Below, one piece after another: positions 39,941-53,203 of a stretch of 64,000 nucleotides of DNA. Each line of letters opens with the position of its first letter. Within the stretch, counting starts at the first letter, position 1. The notes below the pieces were generated by a model. It had not been told where the DNA came from, searched no databases, and saw nothing but the letters and a program-made list of their open reading frames with translations. The DNA comes from Amoebidium appalachense (Eukaryota > Protista > Ichthyosporea): assembly GCA_963693365.1 (NCBI GenBank), contig CAVNZM010000011.1, positions 2,895,098 to 2,959,097 on the forward strand, read 5' to 3'. The position numbers were made by a program, and so were the translations under genes.

Positions 39941-40883
39941 CACGGCGATCCACGAGAGCCAGCACACTGAGCTGCACTATCTGAGGGACATGGTTGGCTA
40001 CCAGGTGGCGTTATCCCAGCCCCTGCTCTAGCCCACACTGTGCTCTACTTTGGTTGCTGATCATTGTCGGTTGAAGGCCGAATGTTGTTGGGTTTTTCTT
40101 ATTGCCCTTTTTTACTCTCCTCTTGCCCCACCAGTCTCTCTTCCTTTCATCTCCCTCTCTTCTTCCCTCCCTCTCTTTCCACATCTCTCGTTTACTCTCA
40201 CTCTCTCTCTTTCCATCTCCCCCCTCCCCCCCCCCCCCCCCTCTCTCTCTATTCCCCTCTCCCCCCCCCCCCCCCCTCTCTCTTCCCCCTTCTTCGGAGG
40301 TCTATGATTTCAGTGCATTCTCAATTATTCCCCTTGTACCCGTGACCCAATTGTTTGGCACCCTCTGGTTTGTAGGGAATTTTTCGTTTTTTGTGTGCGG
40401 TGTTCTGCGCGTAGGAATGCTCATTAGTTGCTTTCCCATTTTTTCAAAGATGTTCCTTTTTTATAGAAGCATATTTTACTTTCTTTCATCCTCTCCGCAA
40501 GCGTCACGACTCTCACGCACTGAAACACCAAGTTTCTTATGTATGGTTCAGAAATTCAGCGTCCGTGATGTAGCCTGTAATCTGGTTTGTTTAGTTTTTA
40601 ATTTCAGAGAATGATCGCGACGCGTAACATGTAACCCTGATATGTAGAAAGTAGCATGTTGTACATGTAGATAGTCAGCTAATTTGCACATTTATAATGG
40701 TAGGCATAAATCCGGGACATCTGTTGTGACATACCCAGTATTCCTTCGTTCCTTGTGTTTTGTTTTGTTTCATTGTTTTCTATTTTTGCTTTAATTTATT
40801 TGAGGAATGAAGGGGGTTTATTTTTCTGACGGCTGTATGGGATGGGGTCTATGCAGGGTAACATGTACTCGGCTGCCCGCTAG
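37086..40883 (+). CDS. Small CBS-pair (Bateman module) protein with predicted mitochondrial transit peptide, CBSX3-like
   Basis: Exons 37086-37205, 38081-38203, 38521-38670, 39437 (or 39443)-39511, 39939-40004 and 40857-40883, all phase 0 GT-AG. The N-terminus MSLSRALSALSTRQAL..ARSF is presequence-like. CBS motifs: MNEKNVGSAIV, GIVTERDFLKKV, LRHLPVVRDGKIVDVLSIRDLV. If the 40005 donor is not used the frame stops at 40031. A 5' UTR intron is probable at 36602-37074. Confidence 0.9.
37936..38076 (+). repeat. Three degenerate ~40-bp units directly upstream of an acceptor
   Basis: ttggagtt..tcaccaacc(c/t)ttaacc occurs at about 37940, 38004 and 38043; the last copy supplies the likely branch point for the AG at 38079-38080. 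Confidence 0.75.
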
Positions 40884-41253
40884 ACGAGGGCGGAGCAAGG
40901 GGTGGGGGGGGGCACCTGCAGCCATGCTATTTTTTTAACATTGAAATTTTACGATCCTTACAAATATCCCCCCACCGAGCCCTGAATATTTGCCTAAGAC
41001 CCCCCGTCATTTTGTATATCCCAGTCAATAAGAACTGATATTATTCTGTGTTTTGTATCTACCATCAAGTAGTGGCCTTGCCTCGTTGCTCATAGATAAT
41101 AAGATGATCGTTAGGGTCAAGGCAAGATTGGTGGGCCCACGGGTGGGGTCAACCCTTTTTTGTAGGGAGATAACTATTATAAGAACAAAAAAAATATCCG
41201 TGTCATTGTCACGGCCAGGTATGTAGGCTATGCATCCTCCCCCCCCCCTCCCC

Positions 41254-41284
<31 letters not shown>

Positions 41285-41639
41285 AAAAAAAAAAGAAGGA
41301 AAGCAAAAAAAAAAAAGGAGAGAGAGAGAGAGAGAGAGAGAAAAGAATGAAAGAAAAGAAAACCCAACACATACACACATGTTCCGAATCGGAATTGAAT
41401 TGGGCTTCGTTGTCTACTGACGAGTTCCGAATGGGTTGAAACTTTTGCACGTGTGGATATGCTTGGCCCCGGGCCCGGCCCAGGCTTAAGGGTGAGCTCT
41501 GCCTACACACTAACTCTTTTTCACATCACACGTGTGTGCTTGCATGATGCCCCCCGGTCACTCGTGGTGCAGGCCATCGTCACCTGAGGGGCTGGCCGAA
41601 TCAGGGGCCGCCAGGAGAGGGAAGGGGGGGGGGGGGGGG

Positions 41640-42172
41640 GTCACAGGAAATTTTTGCACCGGGAAACTTTTGCACTAAAGGTTGATGTAATTATTGAATT
41701 GTTGTCTCTTGCACTAAAGGTTGATGTAATTATTGAATTGTTGTCTCAATGGGGTTTTCACTGGTTGTGTTCGTGCTCATTGGCCTTGTTAGCATTTGAA
41801 CACAGATAACACGTTTCTAATAGCTGATTTTTCGATTTTCTAGTATGTTTTGGGCAGCCCAAAAAGTCAGCTTTTATATCCCCCTAAACCCCCGTTACTT
41901 ACGCGGGGGGAGGGGGGGGGGGGGGGGGGAGGGGGGGCATTGATGCAAGTGGAAACTGGACTAGTACTCCGGGAGTCGACTTATGGGAAATATTCAGCAT
42001 AGAGCTGAAATCCTACAGAGAAAAACATTAGCCACCTAAACAGGGCAAAAAGTATTCAGAAAAACAGAACAGAGACAGAACTCCGTTTATGAAAAAGCTT
42101 AGGTAGTCATAAAAATTTTCTAAACAGTCAATCTCGGTGCAAAAGTTTCCCGGTGCAAAAATTTCCTGTGAC
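41640..42172. mobile_element. MITE, 533 bp, with perfect 36-bp terminal inverted repeats
   Basis: GTCACAGGAAATTTTTGCACCGGGAAACTTTTGCAC (41640-41675) has its exact reverse complement at 42137-42172. There is an internal 39-bp tandem duplication (41670-41747), G-runs on both flanks and no ORF. Confidence 0.88.
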
Positions 42173-42524
42173 GGGGGCCCGGGGGGGGGGGGGGGGGGGA
42201 GTCTCTATAGCTAGGCCCGCCTTCCCCACCCTCTCGTGTTAATAATCGTAATCAGGAAAGTATTGACTTAGGTAGCGACATGTACATGTGCGTGAGCTTT
42301 CAGAACCCCGTCGCCCGGTTCTTTATAACTACCATTTCGTGCCTTAAAACTTTCCGCGCGCGTGATGATTTAGAACATTGGTAAAACGGGTGCCCCTATC
42401 CCCCCCTCCCTCCCCCCTCCTCCGTGTCCTAGGATGTAACAAGGAATGGGGTTGATGAACTTGACATAGTTAAGGGTTGGGTGGAGGGGTAACCGACGAA
42501 TATTCAGTGTAGCCTGAAAAGGGT

Positions 42525-42575
<51 letters not shown>

Positions 42576-42644
42576 GGGGGGTGTGTGTGTGTGTGTGTGA
42601 ATGGGTGGGTGCACGAGGGTGGGTGGGGGGGGTGGGTGGGGGGT

Positions 42645-42679
<35 letters not shown>

Positions 42680-42749
42680 GAGTGTGTGTGTGGATGAGTG
42701 GGTGGGTGGGTGAATGGTGGTGGTGTGGTGGTAGTGGCCATGGGTGGGT

Positions 42750-42783
<34 letters not shown>

Positions 42784-43134
42784 TCCGTTTTCGATCCGGA
42801 CACCGGTTTCTTCCTCGTACAAGAGCCCCACGTCCTCACCAAAACAAAACAAAAAAAAAAACAAAAAAAAACAAAAAAAAAAACAGACATGGCAAGAAGA
42901 GCGCGCGCGAAAGAGAGAGAAGAAGAGTGGGGGGGAGAAGGGGGAGAAGGGGGCGGGAGGGGAGGGGGGGGGGGGGGGGAGGAGAGAAAGAGAATTTCGA
43001 GAGAGAGGGGGGGGGGGGAAGGGGGGAGAGGTAAGCAACTGTCGGTTATGGGCCGCGGGGGGGGGGGGGGGGGGGGGGGGGATGACACGGGTATTATGCA
43101 CACATATCGTCTATGTGTGTTGTGTGTGGGTCGA

Positions 43135-43169
<35 letters not shown>

Positions 43170-43782
43170 ACTAGGGGGACGAGGCCCTCCCTCCCACCAC
43201 ACACGTATGATAGACACACACACACACACACACAAAAGAAAAAGAGAGAGGGGGGGGAAAAAGGAGAGAAAAAAAAAAACAGAGGCTACCCCCCTCCTCA
43301 GCCCCTCTCCGGGATGGGTGCAAATCAGGGATGAGCATACGTATGCCCTTGTATGTGTATTCGTTGGGGAAGAAAGGGGGGGGGGGGGGGGGGGGGGGGG
43401 GGGGAGGGGGGGGGAGGGGAGAAGGAGAAGGGGGAGGGTGGGAGGGGAGGAGAGGGTGAAATAAGGGGGGGGGGGGGGGGGGAGGGGGGGGGAGGGGGAG
43501 GGGGGAGGGGAGTTCGGGTCAAATGTTGTGGAGGCCTGAGAAAAGACCGAGAAAAATTTTCGACTCCGATGCATCATTTATTACATTTATTTTTATCTAC
43601 CGTCAGACTGCATATTCAGCAGCATCTACACCAGACTATGTACATGTCATTGACAACTCAACTAACAGACTCTGCTTCTATATGCTATATACATAAATTC
43701 GCTTTCTAATCTTAACCGTATGTATGAATGCAGGCATAGATTAGCCCGTCACGGTGATCAAGTTCTTCAACTACATATGTAC

Positions 43783-45330
43783 TTAACAAGCGCCGCCTTC
43801 CACATCACTAGAGACACTCTCCCGATTCACTTTCAGGCACGACCTGATATGGTACTTCTTTGGATACACAAACATCACCAGGGGAGAAGTAAGCGTCGTA
43901 GTGATAATCGCCATCATAACCATTGCAGCAAAAGTCTCATCATTTAGCGTCTTTGTGCTCAAACCAACATTCAAAACAATCAACTCAACGAGTCCCTTTG
44001 TGTTTAGCAGCACACCAACGGCAATGCTTTCCCTTGCACGAAGGCCGGATAGATATGCACACCCAGCCCCACCCACACCTTTTCCGACGCACGCAGCAAC
44101 GGTGACCAATAGGATAAGGCCCCACGCCGTCCACGTGTTGAGGAGGGTAAAATTTGTGTTGAGGCCCGAAAGAGTGAAGTAAATTGGAAGAAAAACAACC
44201 GTGATAATATCTCGCATGCTCTCTGCAAGCGCCAAAGAGAATTTGCGGTGACGAGGCATGGCAAGGCCGCACCAGAACGCACCGAAAATTGAATCCACAC
44301 CGATGAATGTGGTGACCCACGCGCACAAAAAGAGGAGGATCACACATGCACCCGTTGTAGTGAGGGTCACGCCCGTATGGAGTTTTGTTAAAGTAGTGTC
44401 GGTGGTTGTGGGGCAGGGAATAATTGTTGGAATATCGCTGGGAATGTTGTGCAGAGTAAAGGTTTCGGTTTTTGCGGCAGGAGGGGCAGACACAACGGCC
44501 GATGTGTTGCACTCGTTCGTCAAAGCGGCAGGCATAGGTGTCGCGGTTTTAGGGTCTTGCTCGCAGACGTCAAGCTTTTTGTATGAAACATACAAGTCGA
44601 GAACTCGGGGGAGAAGTGGGCGGAGGGCGCCGAAAATGACCAACACAAACCCAGCGGTACACAGGAGGGTGTAGACTGCATTCACTGGGTTATTTGTAGA
44701 TGTCGCAAGAGCCACCACAACTGCAAGAAGTGACCATGCCACCATGTCATCCAAAACTGCTGCAGAGAGTGCTGAAACACCGACTGGTGTGCGTGACAAC
44801 CCGAGTTCATTGTTTAACCGTGCAAGGACCGGCAGGGCGCTGATGCTCATTGCAACAGCAATGAAGAACGCGAAAACTCCAAAAGAGGTCACCCCCTGTC
44901 CATTCATCATGTAGTTCCACAGAGGGACGGATACGGCGAAACCGAGACCCATAGGAAGAATGATACTGCCTACAGACATTGCAATAGGACGGGGGCCCAG
45001 GTTCTTGACAAGGGAAAGATCGAGCTCACACCCAACGGCAAAGAGGAACAAAACGAGCCCGATGTTTCCGACACCTGTAAGTGTGGTCGAAACGGAAGTG
45101 GCAGGGAAGATAGTGTTTGTGAAGTTTGGTATTTGACCCATTACCGAAGGACCTAAAAGGATGCCACCAATGACTTCTGCCAGTACTGTTGGTTGGCGTA
45201 GGAGGCGCAGTGGTAGTGCCACTAGGCGGGTGAACGCAATGATGAGTGCAACCTGCACAAAGAGAAGCTCGACTCCGCTGGAAATGGGGCTGACCCCGTC
45301 GAATACACTGCTAGTGGCCCCGGTAGACAT
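43783..45330 (-). CDS. KHA1: Cation/H+ antiporter, CPA2 family (fungal Kha1 / plant CHX-like), 515 aa, intronless
   Basis: Single open frame with multiple TM helices and family motifs LRQPTVLAEVIGGILLGPSVMG, GLVLFLFAVGCELD, SISALPVLARL, AAVLDDMVAWSLLA, FLPIYFTLSGLNTNF and LNTKGLVELIVLNVGL. Confidence 0.93.
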   Translation of the reverse strand: MSTGATSSVFDGVSPISSGVELLFVQVALIIAFTRLVALPLRLLRQPTVLAEVIGGILLGPSVMGQIPNFTNTIFPATSVSTTLTGVGNIGLVLFLFAVGCELDLSLVKNLGPRPIAMSVGSIILPMGLGFAVSVPLWNYMMNGQGVTSFGVFAFFIAVAMSISALPVLARLNNELGLSRTPVGVSALSAAVLDDMVAWSLLAVVVALATSTNNPVNAVYTLLCTAGFVLVIFGALRPLLPRVLDLYVSYKKLDVCEQDPKTATPMPAALTNECNTSAVVSAPPAAKTETFTLHNIPSDIPTIIPCPTTTDTTLTKLHTGVTLTTTGACVILLFLCAWVTTFIGVDSIFGAFWCGLAMPRHRKFSLALAESMRDIITVVFLPIYFTLSGLNTNFTLLNTWTAWGLILLVTVAACVGKGVGGAGCAYLSGLRARESIAVGVLLNTKGLVELIVLNVGLSTKTLNDETFAAMVMMAIITTTLTSPLVMFVYPKKYHIRSCLKVNRESVSSDVEGGAC

Positions 45331-45522
45331 GGTGGCGTGTGTATATGCTCAAAATTAGAGCTCGAAAAATGCTATTGATATGGGAAACAGGATTCAATCT
45401 AGATAAGCTGTCATATACGTATAAAAGTTTTCTATATATAACGCTAATGTTTTTGTGTGGAGGCTGTGATTGCCGTGTGTGCGCCAGCTGCTGATTTGAT
45501 TCTGTGACTGGAAGCGGCTAGG

Positions 45523-45601
45523 TTTATATACTTCCGGGCTGAACACGACGGGGTCTTTGATTGGCTAAAAATCTGGATTTGTGCTTTTCTCTTTTGATTG
45601 G
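45523..45601 (-). promoter_or_regulatory. Putative core promoter of the antiporter: two CCAAT boxes and a TATA box
   Basis: On the minus strand, CCAAT at 45597-45601 and 45560-45564 is followed by TATATAAA at 45523-45530, about 190 bp upstream of the ATG. Confidence 0.5.
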
Positions 45602-46277
45602 TCGATCTATTTTGGTCCTGGCTGGCGGGCCGGCGGCAGGCTGAGGATGCGGGCTCGGGTAACGTTAGTCGGCTGGAGTAACTTCTATTAACATTGTAAA
45701 AAAGCCATAACTCATCCTTATGCAAATACTATTCAATTTCAATTTATTTGTCTTTCTTTTTTCTTTCCGTTTTTTCCCTATTTAGTTGGATCACTTTTCT
45801 TGTAAGCTTACGTCACAGAATCCTGACCCCCTCAAGATCACCATGGCCAACGGGGGAGTAACCTGGGGCTAATTATAGTCAACCAATCATCTATCTTAAC
45901 GTTTGTTTGTTTACATTCTTTCCAACATTTTTTGAATGTGTTTCCTCCCACTGTCCGTGGCACATGCACGTGTGCTTTCACCACTGGTCCATACGTCCCT
46001 GGCTTTTGGGTTGGCGAGGGAATCATTTTTTTCTTTGCTGTGAGTCCCGCGGGCCTCACGCGGTCATAAACCGGCATTTGCCCTCCCCGGGGCTCCCCCC
46101 CCCCCCCCCCCCCTCCCCCCCCCCCCAAACACACACACACACACACAGACTGTCACAGGCAGCCCCTTCGAATTCATCGTTCATCCGATCGGAGGCTGTT
46201 TCAACCCGTCAACATGCACAACCCCCAAACTCAGGCATAAGCACAGACAAACGCACCCGGAAACTAGCCTCCAGAGC

Positions 46278-46992
<715 letters not shown>

Positions 46993-47183
46993 TATGTAAC
47001 GTTCCCAAAGTTTGTGTGAACACCGGGCGTGTGTTGCAATACTGTCGTGTGTGTTCGGAGTGTACGTAATGCATGTCGTGACCGTGTGGATCATGGTATT
47101 CTTGTGTACGTGTGTGTGTGCCACAACGGTTACCCACACTGTGTTTTAAAGGTACATCATGTCTGCGGTGTGCTCTGGCTAGT

Positions 47184-47391
47184 CTGGGCCCGGCGCGGAA
47201 GTTTTGGCACGAAAAAAGGGGTTTTAGCTATAGAAACGACCGGTGAGCCGGAATTTAAAAACAAATCAGGAATATGTTGATCAATATAAAACAATAATTA
47301 TTAAAAAGTACGAATATGCAAGAATCATGATAATGTAGCCCAATAGAAAGAATGATTAGTAAATGAGTACAAAACTTGTGCCGGCCCGCAG
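47184..47391. mobile_element. Possible old MITE with degenerate ~26-bp TIRs
   Basis: ctgggcccggcgcggaagttttggcac resembles the reverse complement of the right end (ctgcgggccggcacaagttttgtac); the interior is AT-rich. Confidence 0.35.
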
Positions 47392-47395
47392 GGCG

Positions 47396-47435
<40 letters not shown>

Positions 47436-48074
47436 CTCAAACAAAAATTCTTTTTGTGTCCAATGATGTTCTTGGATGCCCAAGTGGTTCAACGTACTCA
47501 CGTGGCATGTATTGGTAGCAGAGCAGATTATTATGCATATCCATATCATAATTCCCGGACCGTGATCACAGCAGGTTGCCTTTACATCAGCTGTCATGGG
47601 GGCCCCATTTATAACTTGGCCATAATTTCAACTTCAACAGATAAACTTAGTCTTATCGGCAAAAATCATTGCTGTGTTACGTACAGACACACATCTATTC
47701 CTTCAAAACATTTCATGTCTAACATCATTCGAGCATATCAACCATTCGTAATGTCCCCTCCCATATCACGACTATTTACAACGTACTGGGTCCCTTGCCA
47801 CCCACAAAACACACGTACACACATACAGAAACACACAGGCACAGGCACAGACACACCCACCCACCAACTCACACCAAAAACCCACCAACTCCGAGTCCAC
47901 CAGGAAAAAAAAAGGCACCTACACTACTCTGCTATTTGTGAGTCAAAAACTCACTACCCCATTCACGTAAATCCAATCAACTTCTCGTATGTCACGATTC
48001 ATAAGACAAGTACACAACCATACGGCCATCATGATCTCTATAAAACATGATAATCAACAACTTCGACTTATCAA

Positions 48075-48420
48075 TCACGAAATGAAGTGAGGCAAGCCCC
48101 CCCCAAACCCACCGCCATCCGTGCCATCTTCACCGTCCCCAAACCTTACATCTCTTCTCTCAAACAGCAAATTCTGGTCTTTCATTGCTACGCGCCTATC
48201 CTTTTCTCTTTTGTATGTAGCATTGTCACGTGATATTGCGTCCATTATAACTTGCGGAAGGGAGGGTGGGGGGTCCAAGTGCATGCGCCAACGTGAATAG
48301 AGGAGTAGGTAGGGGGTGTCGTTGGAGAAGCGGTCGGAAATGGAGCGGACGTAGGGAAGGGTTGTGCTTGAAACGGTGCTGTCGTTGAAGAGGTACCACT
48401 GGGACTGTGTGTGTGTGTGT

Positions 48421-48478
<58 letters not shown>

Positions 48479-48688
48479 TGTGCTCGTGCGCCTGTATGTG
48501 TGTGTGTGTGCGTGTTTGGTGTATCCCGTGGGTGGGTGTGTGCATGCATGCGTGTGTGCAAACACGTACTTGCGCATGTGGCTGTGTGAATGTGTTGTTT
48601 TGTGTTTTGCATGCAGGGAGGCGAGTGGCATGTCGGTGTGAGCTGAGTTTGAATATACTGGGCACCAGCCTTGACATTGTTGTAATCA

Positions 48689-48731
<43 letters not shown>

Positions 48732-48746
48732 CCCCCCCCCCCCCCC

Positions 48747-48794
<48 letters not shown>

Positions 48795-49168
48795 CTCCCC
48801 CCCCCCCCCCCCCCCCCCCGCCCGCCCAAACACATCCACACACCACCACCTCCTTTCCACCCCCCTCTTTTCTCCTTGGCCAAGCCAGAACACTCGCATT
48901 ATTACACCCCTCCCCCCCCCCCCCCCCCCCCACCCAACCCCAACATACACAGAGTACCTGCACATTTCCACGTGATCCAGAACAATGTGTACGGCTATTG
49001 TCCACCAACTGAGGCACACAAGCATACCCAAGGGCAGGAAAGGGGAAAAAAAAAACACGGGTAAGAAGGAGGGGGAGAGATGTGGTGACGCACAAGAGGG
49101 TTGGAATCATGGAGGAGACAACACCAAAAGACACAAAAGGCCGTGCGCGTGCGCGCATGTGTGTAAGT

Positions 49169-49199
<31 letters not shown>

Positions 49200-49761
49200 G
49201 GGGGGGGGGAGAGAGAGGGGGTGGAAGGATACCTGCTCATCGCCGGCTCCCGTTGTGGCTGACACCTCTCTGGCAGCACAATAGTAATGGCCACTCTCAA
49301 ACGATATCCCGGCATGGAAGATTACCGCATATAGAAAGTACTCCTGCCTTTTCATTGCCTCGTCACTCCCTGCACATGCAGGCTCTGGGACTGCAAGAAC
49401 CAATGGGAGGTCGACTTTAGTTTTAATCTTTGAGAACCCTTGCGTGATTGGATCGTAGGAGAACCGCTTGAGCACTAGAACGAGGCATTCGGGAAGAGAG
49501 CTTATCCGTACGTGTTTAGTTGCGTCACGTTTTGTTTCACATTTTTCGCAGAAATATTGTTCGGTTCCTGTTAGTTGCTCTGCGCTCAAGAATTGACCAA
49601 CCATGTTATCAACTGCAATCCGATCTGCTCGATTTGGTAATGGGTTTGGTTTCGGTGAATTTGATTGGTCGGATGAGGGCGCAGGCGGGAAGGAGAGCGC
49701 CAGGTCCGTGAAGTTTTCTTTGCGTGTGGATAGTTGGTGGCAGGTTCCACACGTAACCTGT

Positions 49762-49829
<68 letters not shown>

Positions 49830-50716
49830 GAAGGGACGGATAGCCAAGAGAAGATGACGGGGTGGGGTGGGGTGGGGTGGAGGCTGGGTTGAGTAAGAAG
49901 ACGAGGGGGAGGAAGGGGGAAAAGAGAGATATTGGCGGAGGAGGGAACTCAAATCAAACAAGTGCAAAAACAAACCTTGTCAACCTCACCCGTAACCCCC
50001 CCCCCCCCCCCCCCCCCCTCCCCCTCCAAACCTTGCCCCGCGCTTGTTTTTTTTCGAGCGTATGAGCGCCCGTGTGCCTGCACAAAGTCGTATATGCAAC
50101 GGAGCATGTTGCTTCCACCACTGCAGGCAAAACTGTGTGCATCAGTGCACCACGCCATCCACCTGCCTATAGTGTTCTGACTATCCACACGAGTGCCCAT
50201 ATGTGCACACATGGTGGTCAGGAGCACTTATTACCTCATAGGTGAGCTCCCCCGTGAAGATGCCGGCAGGGGTGGGTGTAGTGACTACGGGTGCTGACTC
50301 AACATCTATCTCCATAGCATCCGATTTATCTCCATTCGGTATATCTCCTATCCGCAAATTCGGATTTTCCAGTTTTCCATCGGTTTTGTTGGCATACGAA
50401 ACACGAATTTCATGTCTATCCAGCATATCCAACAGGAATTTCAGTTGTTCGTCGCAGTCTTGCTGCTGGCCTCGGGTGAACCACGAGGGGGTGCATTTGC
50501 TTAGAACCCCCCTGGGCTCAATTGCTGGTCGTACTGTGTGCAGTAGTTGTGCAAACAGTAGTTGAATTTCCTTCATGGCACTTTCTGATTGGTTAGAATC
50601 GCCATTTGGAATGTTTGAGATGGTATTTCCGTTTGTATGATTGGTGGATGGGTTCGACACAGGCGGGACACGGAAGGAGAGAACGAGATTGCGGAATGGT
50701 GTGGACATGTTGAGGG

Positions 50717-50755
<39 letters not shown>

Positions 50756-50880
50756 ATGCATGTGCTCGTGTGTATATGTGTCAGTTGGGGGAATGGGGAG
50801 AAACTTATTTGGTTGCCCTTAGCTCTTTGTCAATCCATCCATCTTGCCCGTTTCAACCCCCCCCCCATCCCCCCATCTCC

Positions 50881-50912
<32 letters not shown>

Positions 50913-51514
50913 CACACACACACATGCACATACACACACGCGCACACGCACACGCACACGCACACACACACACACACGCACGCACACACACACAAACACA
51001 CACATCAGAAGATGCTTGATCTGTTACCAATTCCGTTCATAGAGTGTTTGACAAGCATCATCTCACTCCTTCCTACCTACTACCATCCCCCCCCCCCCCC
51101 CCCTCCCCCCTCCCCTCTGGATTCAATCCACCCACCTCCCATAATACAAACGATACAAATACATGCATACACACCCACAAGCTCACATATCCAAGCACAT
51201 ACACCCACATGCCTCCAGCTATCCCCCCCCCCCCCCCCCCCCCTCCCCCCCCCCCTCCCTCCCCCTTCCCTCTGGATTCAATCCACCCACCTCCCATAAT
51301 ACAAACGATACAAATACATGCATACACACCCACAAGCTCACATATCCAAGCACATACACCCACATGCCTCCAGCTACCCCCCCCCCCCCCCCCCCCCTCC
51401 CCCCTCCCCTCTGGATTCAATCCACCCACCTCCCATATTACAAACGATACAAATACATGCATACACACCCACAAGCTCACATATCCAAGCACATACACCC
51501 ACATGCCTCCAGCT

Positions 51515-51550
<36 letters not shown>

Positions 51551-52521
51551 TTCTTTTCTGGATTCAATCCACCCACCTCCCATAATACAAACGACACAAA
51601 TACATGCATACACACCCACAAGCTCACATATCCACACACATACACCCACATGCCTCCAGCTATCCCCCCCCCCCCCCCCCCCCCCCCCCTTCCCCTCCTC
51701 TTCCCCCCCCCCCAAAAAACCCACACACTTGCAGTACGCTGTTCAGGTAGCACGTGTTTCCCAGATTGACCAATCCCGTGCGTCCTGTCACGGACCTCTC
51801 AGCCACATCCGTCCATTCCTCCTCCAGTGGGCGTATCGACTTGTCAACATGCGCAGAGGACTCCTGAAAGGGGTACAAAGGGGGGGGGGGGGGGGGGGGG
51901 GGGAGTGGGGAGGGAAAGAGGTAGACGGGGGAGGAGGGGGGAGAAGGGGCGGGTGGGGGTGGGGGTGGCCCGGGGGTGGCCGGGGGGGGGGGGGGGGGGG
52001 GGGGGGAGGGGGGGGGAGGTACGTGGACGGACAGATAGGGTGAAAAGAGAGGATGTGCAGAGGGGTGAGAGGTGGTGAGGGAGGGCCATGTGGGCGGGGG
52101 ATTTAGGTGTTAAGATATTAGGGTGATTGGATACCTGTTGAAGATCTGCCCGATTTTTTTTTGTTCTTTTTTTTTTCAAAAAAAAAAATATAAAAAAAAT
52201 TGGAAGACATAGGAAAACCGTATTCACACAATGTCACAGCACACATCCATCATGCAAACAAACACAAACATATGGAAACAGTATTGCTTATTAATAATTA
52301 AGTCACATTGACTTGTGGGGTGGGTTGGTGATGGGGGTGGGGTAGGGGTTTGTGGGGAAGAAAAAGGCGGGGGGAAAGGGGGGGGGGGGAGGGGGAAGGG
52401 TGGTCAGAATGTGATACAGAATATGAAGCACACATTCATTACGGATAACACAAGGCAAATCCGGAAAATATACATAAAGAGCATGCAGGGGAGGCGCAGA
52501 GAGAGGGGGGGGGGGGGGGGG

Positions 52522-52619
<98 letters not shown>

Positions 52620-53143
52620 GGGGGGGAGGGAGAGAAGGGAGGGGAAAAGGGGGGGGGGGGGGGGGGGAAGCACCCACCTGTTCCTTCAGCCACTCTGTCA
52701 CCCTCTCCTCAGTGGGAATGGGAAGCTTCGTCACAGCCTCAATCACAGGCCCATACAGATCGGGATGCCCAGAATAGCAACCAATCATGGCATGGATCAG
52801 CAGCGCAAACCCAATCAGATCACTCTCCGACACCCGTGGAATAGCCTTAGTTGGTTCGGTGATGTTGCTGATGATTGGTGGGATCTGAGGTACTGCTTTG
52901 TGGAAAATGTGCGGCCCCCCTCTGTAATGAACCAATAGGAAGGTAGCAACTGGAAGGGCGGCAGAAAAACGAGAGGGGGTCTCAAGTGCTGCAAAAAGAT
53001 GGGTGATTCCTTGCTCGGCAACAGCAGAAAATACACCAAACCTACTGGCCTGTGTGTGTAGGGTTGGAAGGGGGGGGGGGGGGATGGAAGGGGAGGAGGG
53101 GGGTTGTGTGTAGATTCCTGTGAGTGAGTGAGTGAGTGAGTGA

Positions 53144-53203
<60 letters not shown>

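Noticed and set aside
47376-48050. 224-aa + strand ORF
   Set aside because: It starts across a poly-G run, has no motif and overlaps the probable USP38 3' UTR in antisense.
51112-51700. Four-copy repeat as a repeat-spacer array
   Set aside because: The intervening parts are only poly-C of variable length, so it is a simple tandem duplication.
52134-52144. 11-nt microexon ATCTTCAACAG in USP38
   Set aside because: It would shift the frame; the flanking exons already join in phase 0.
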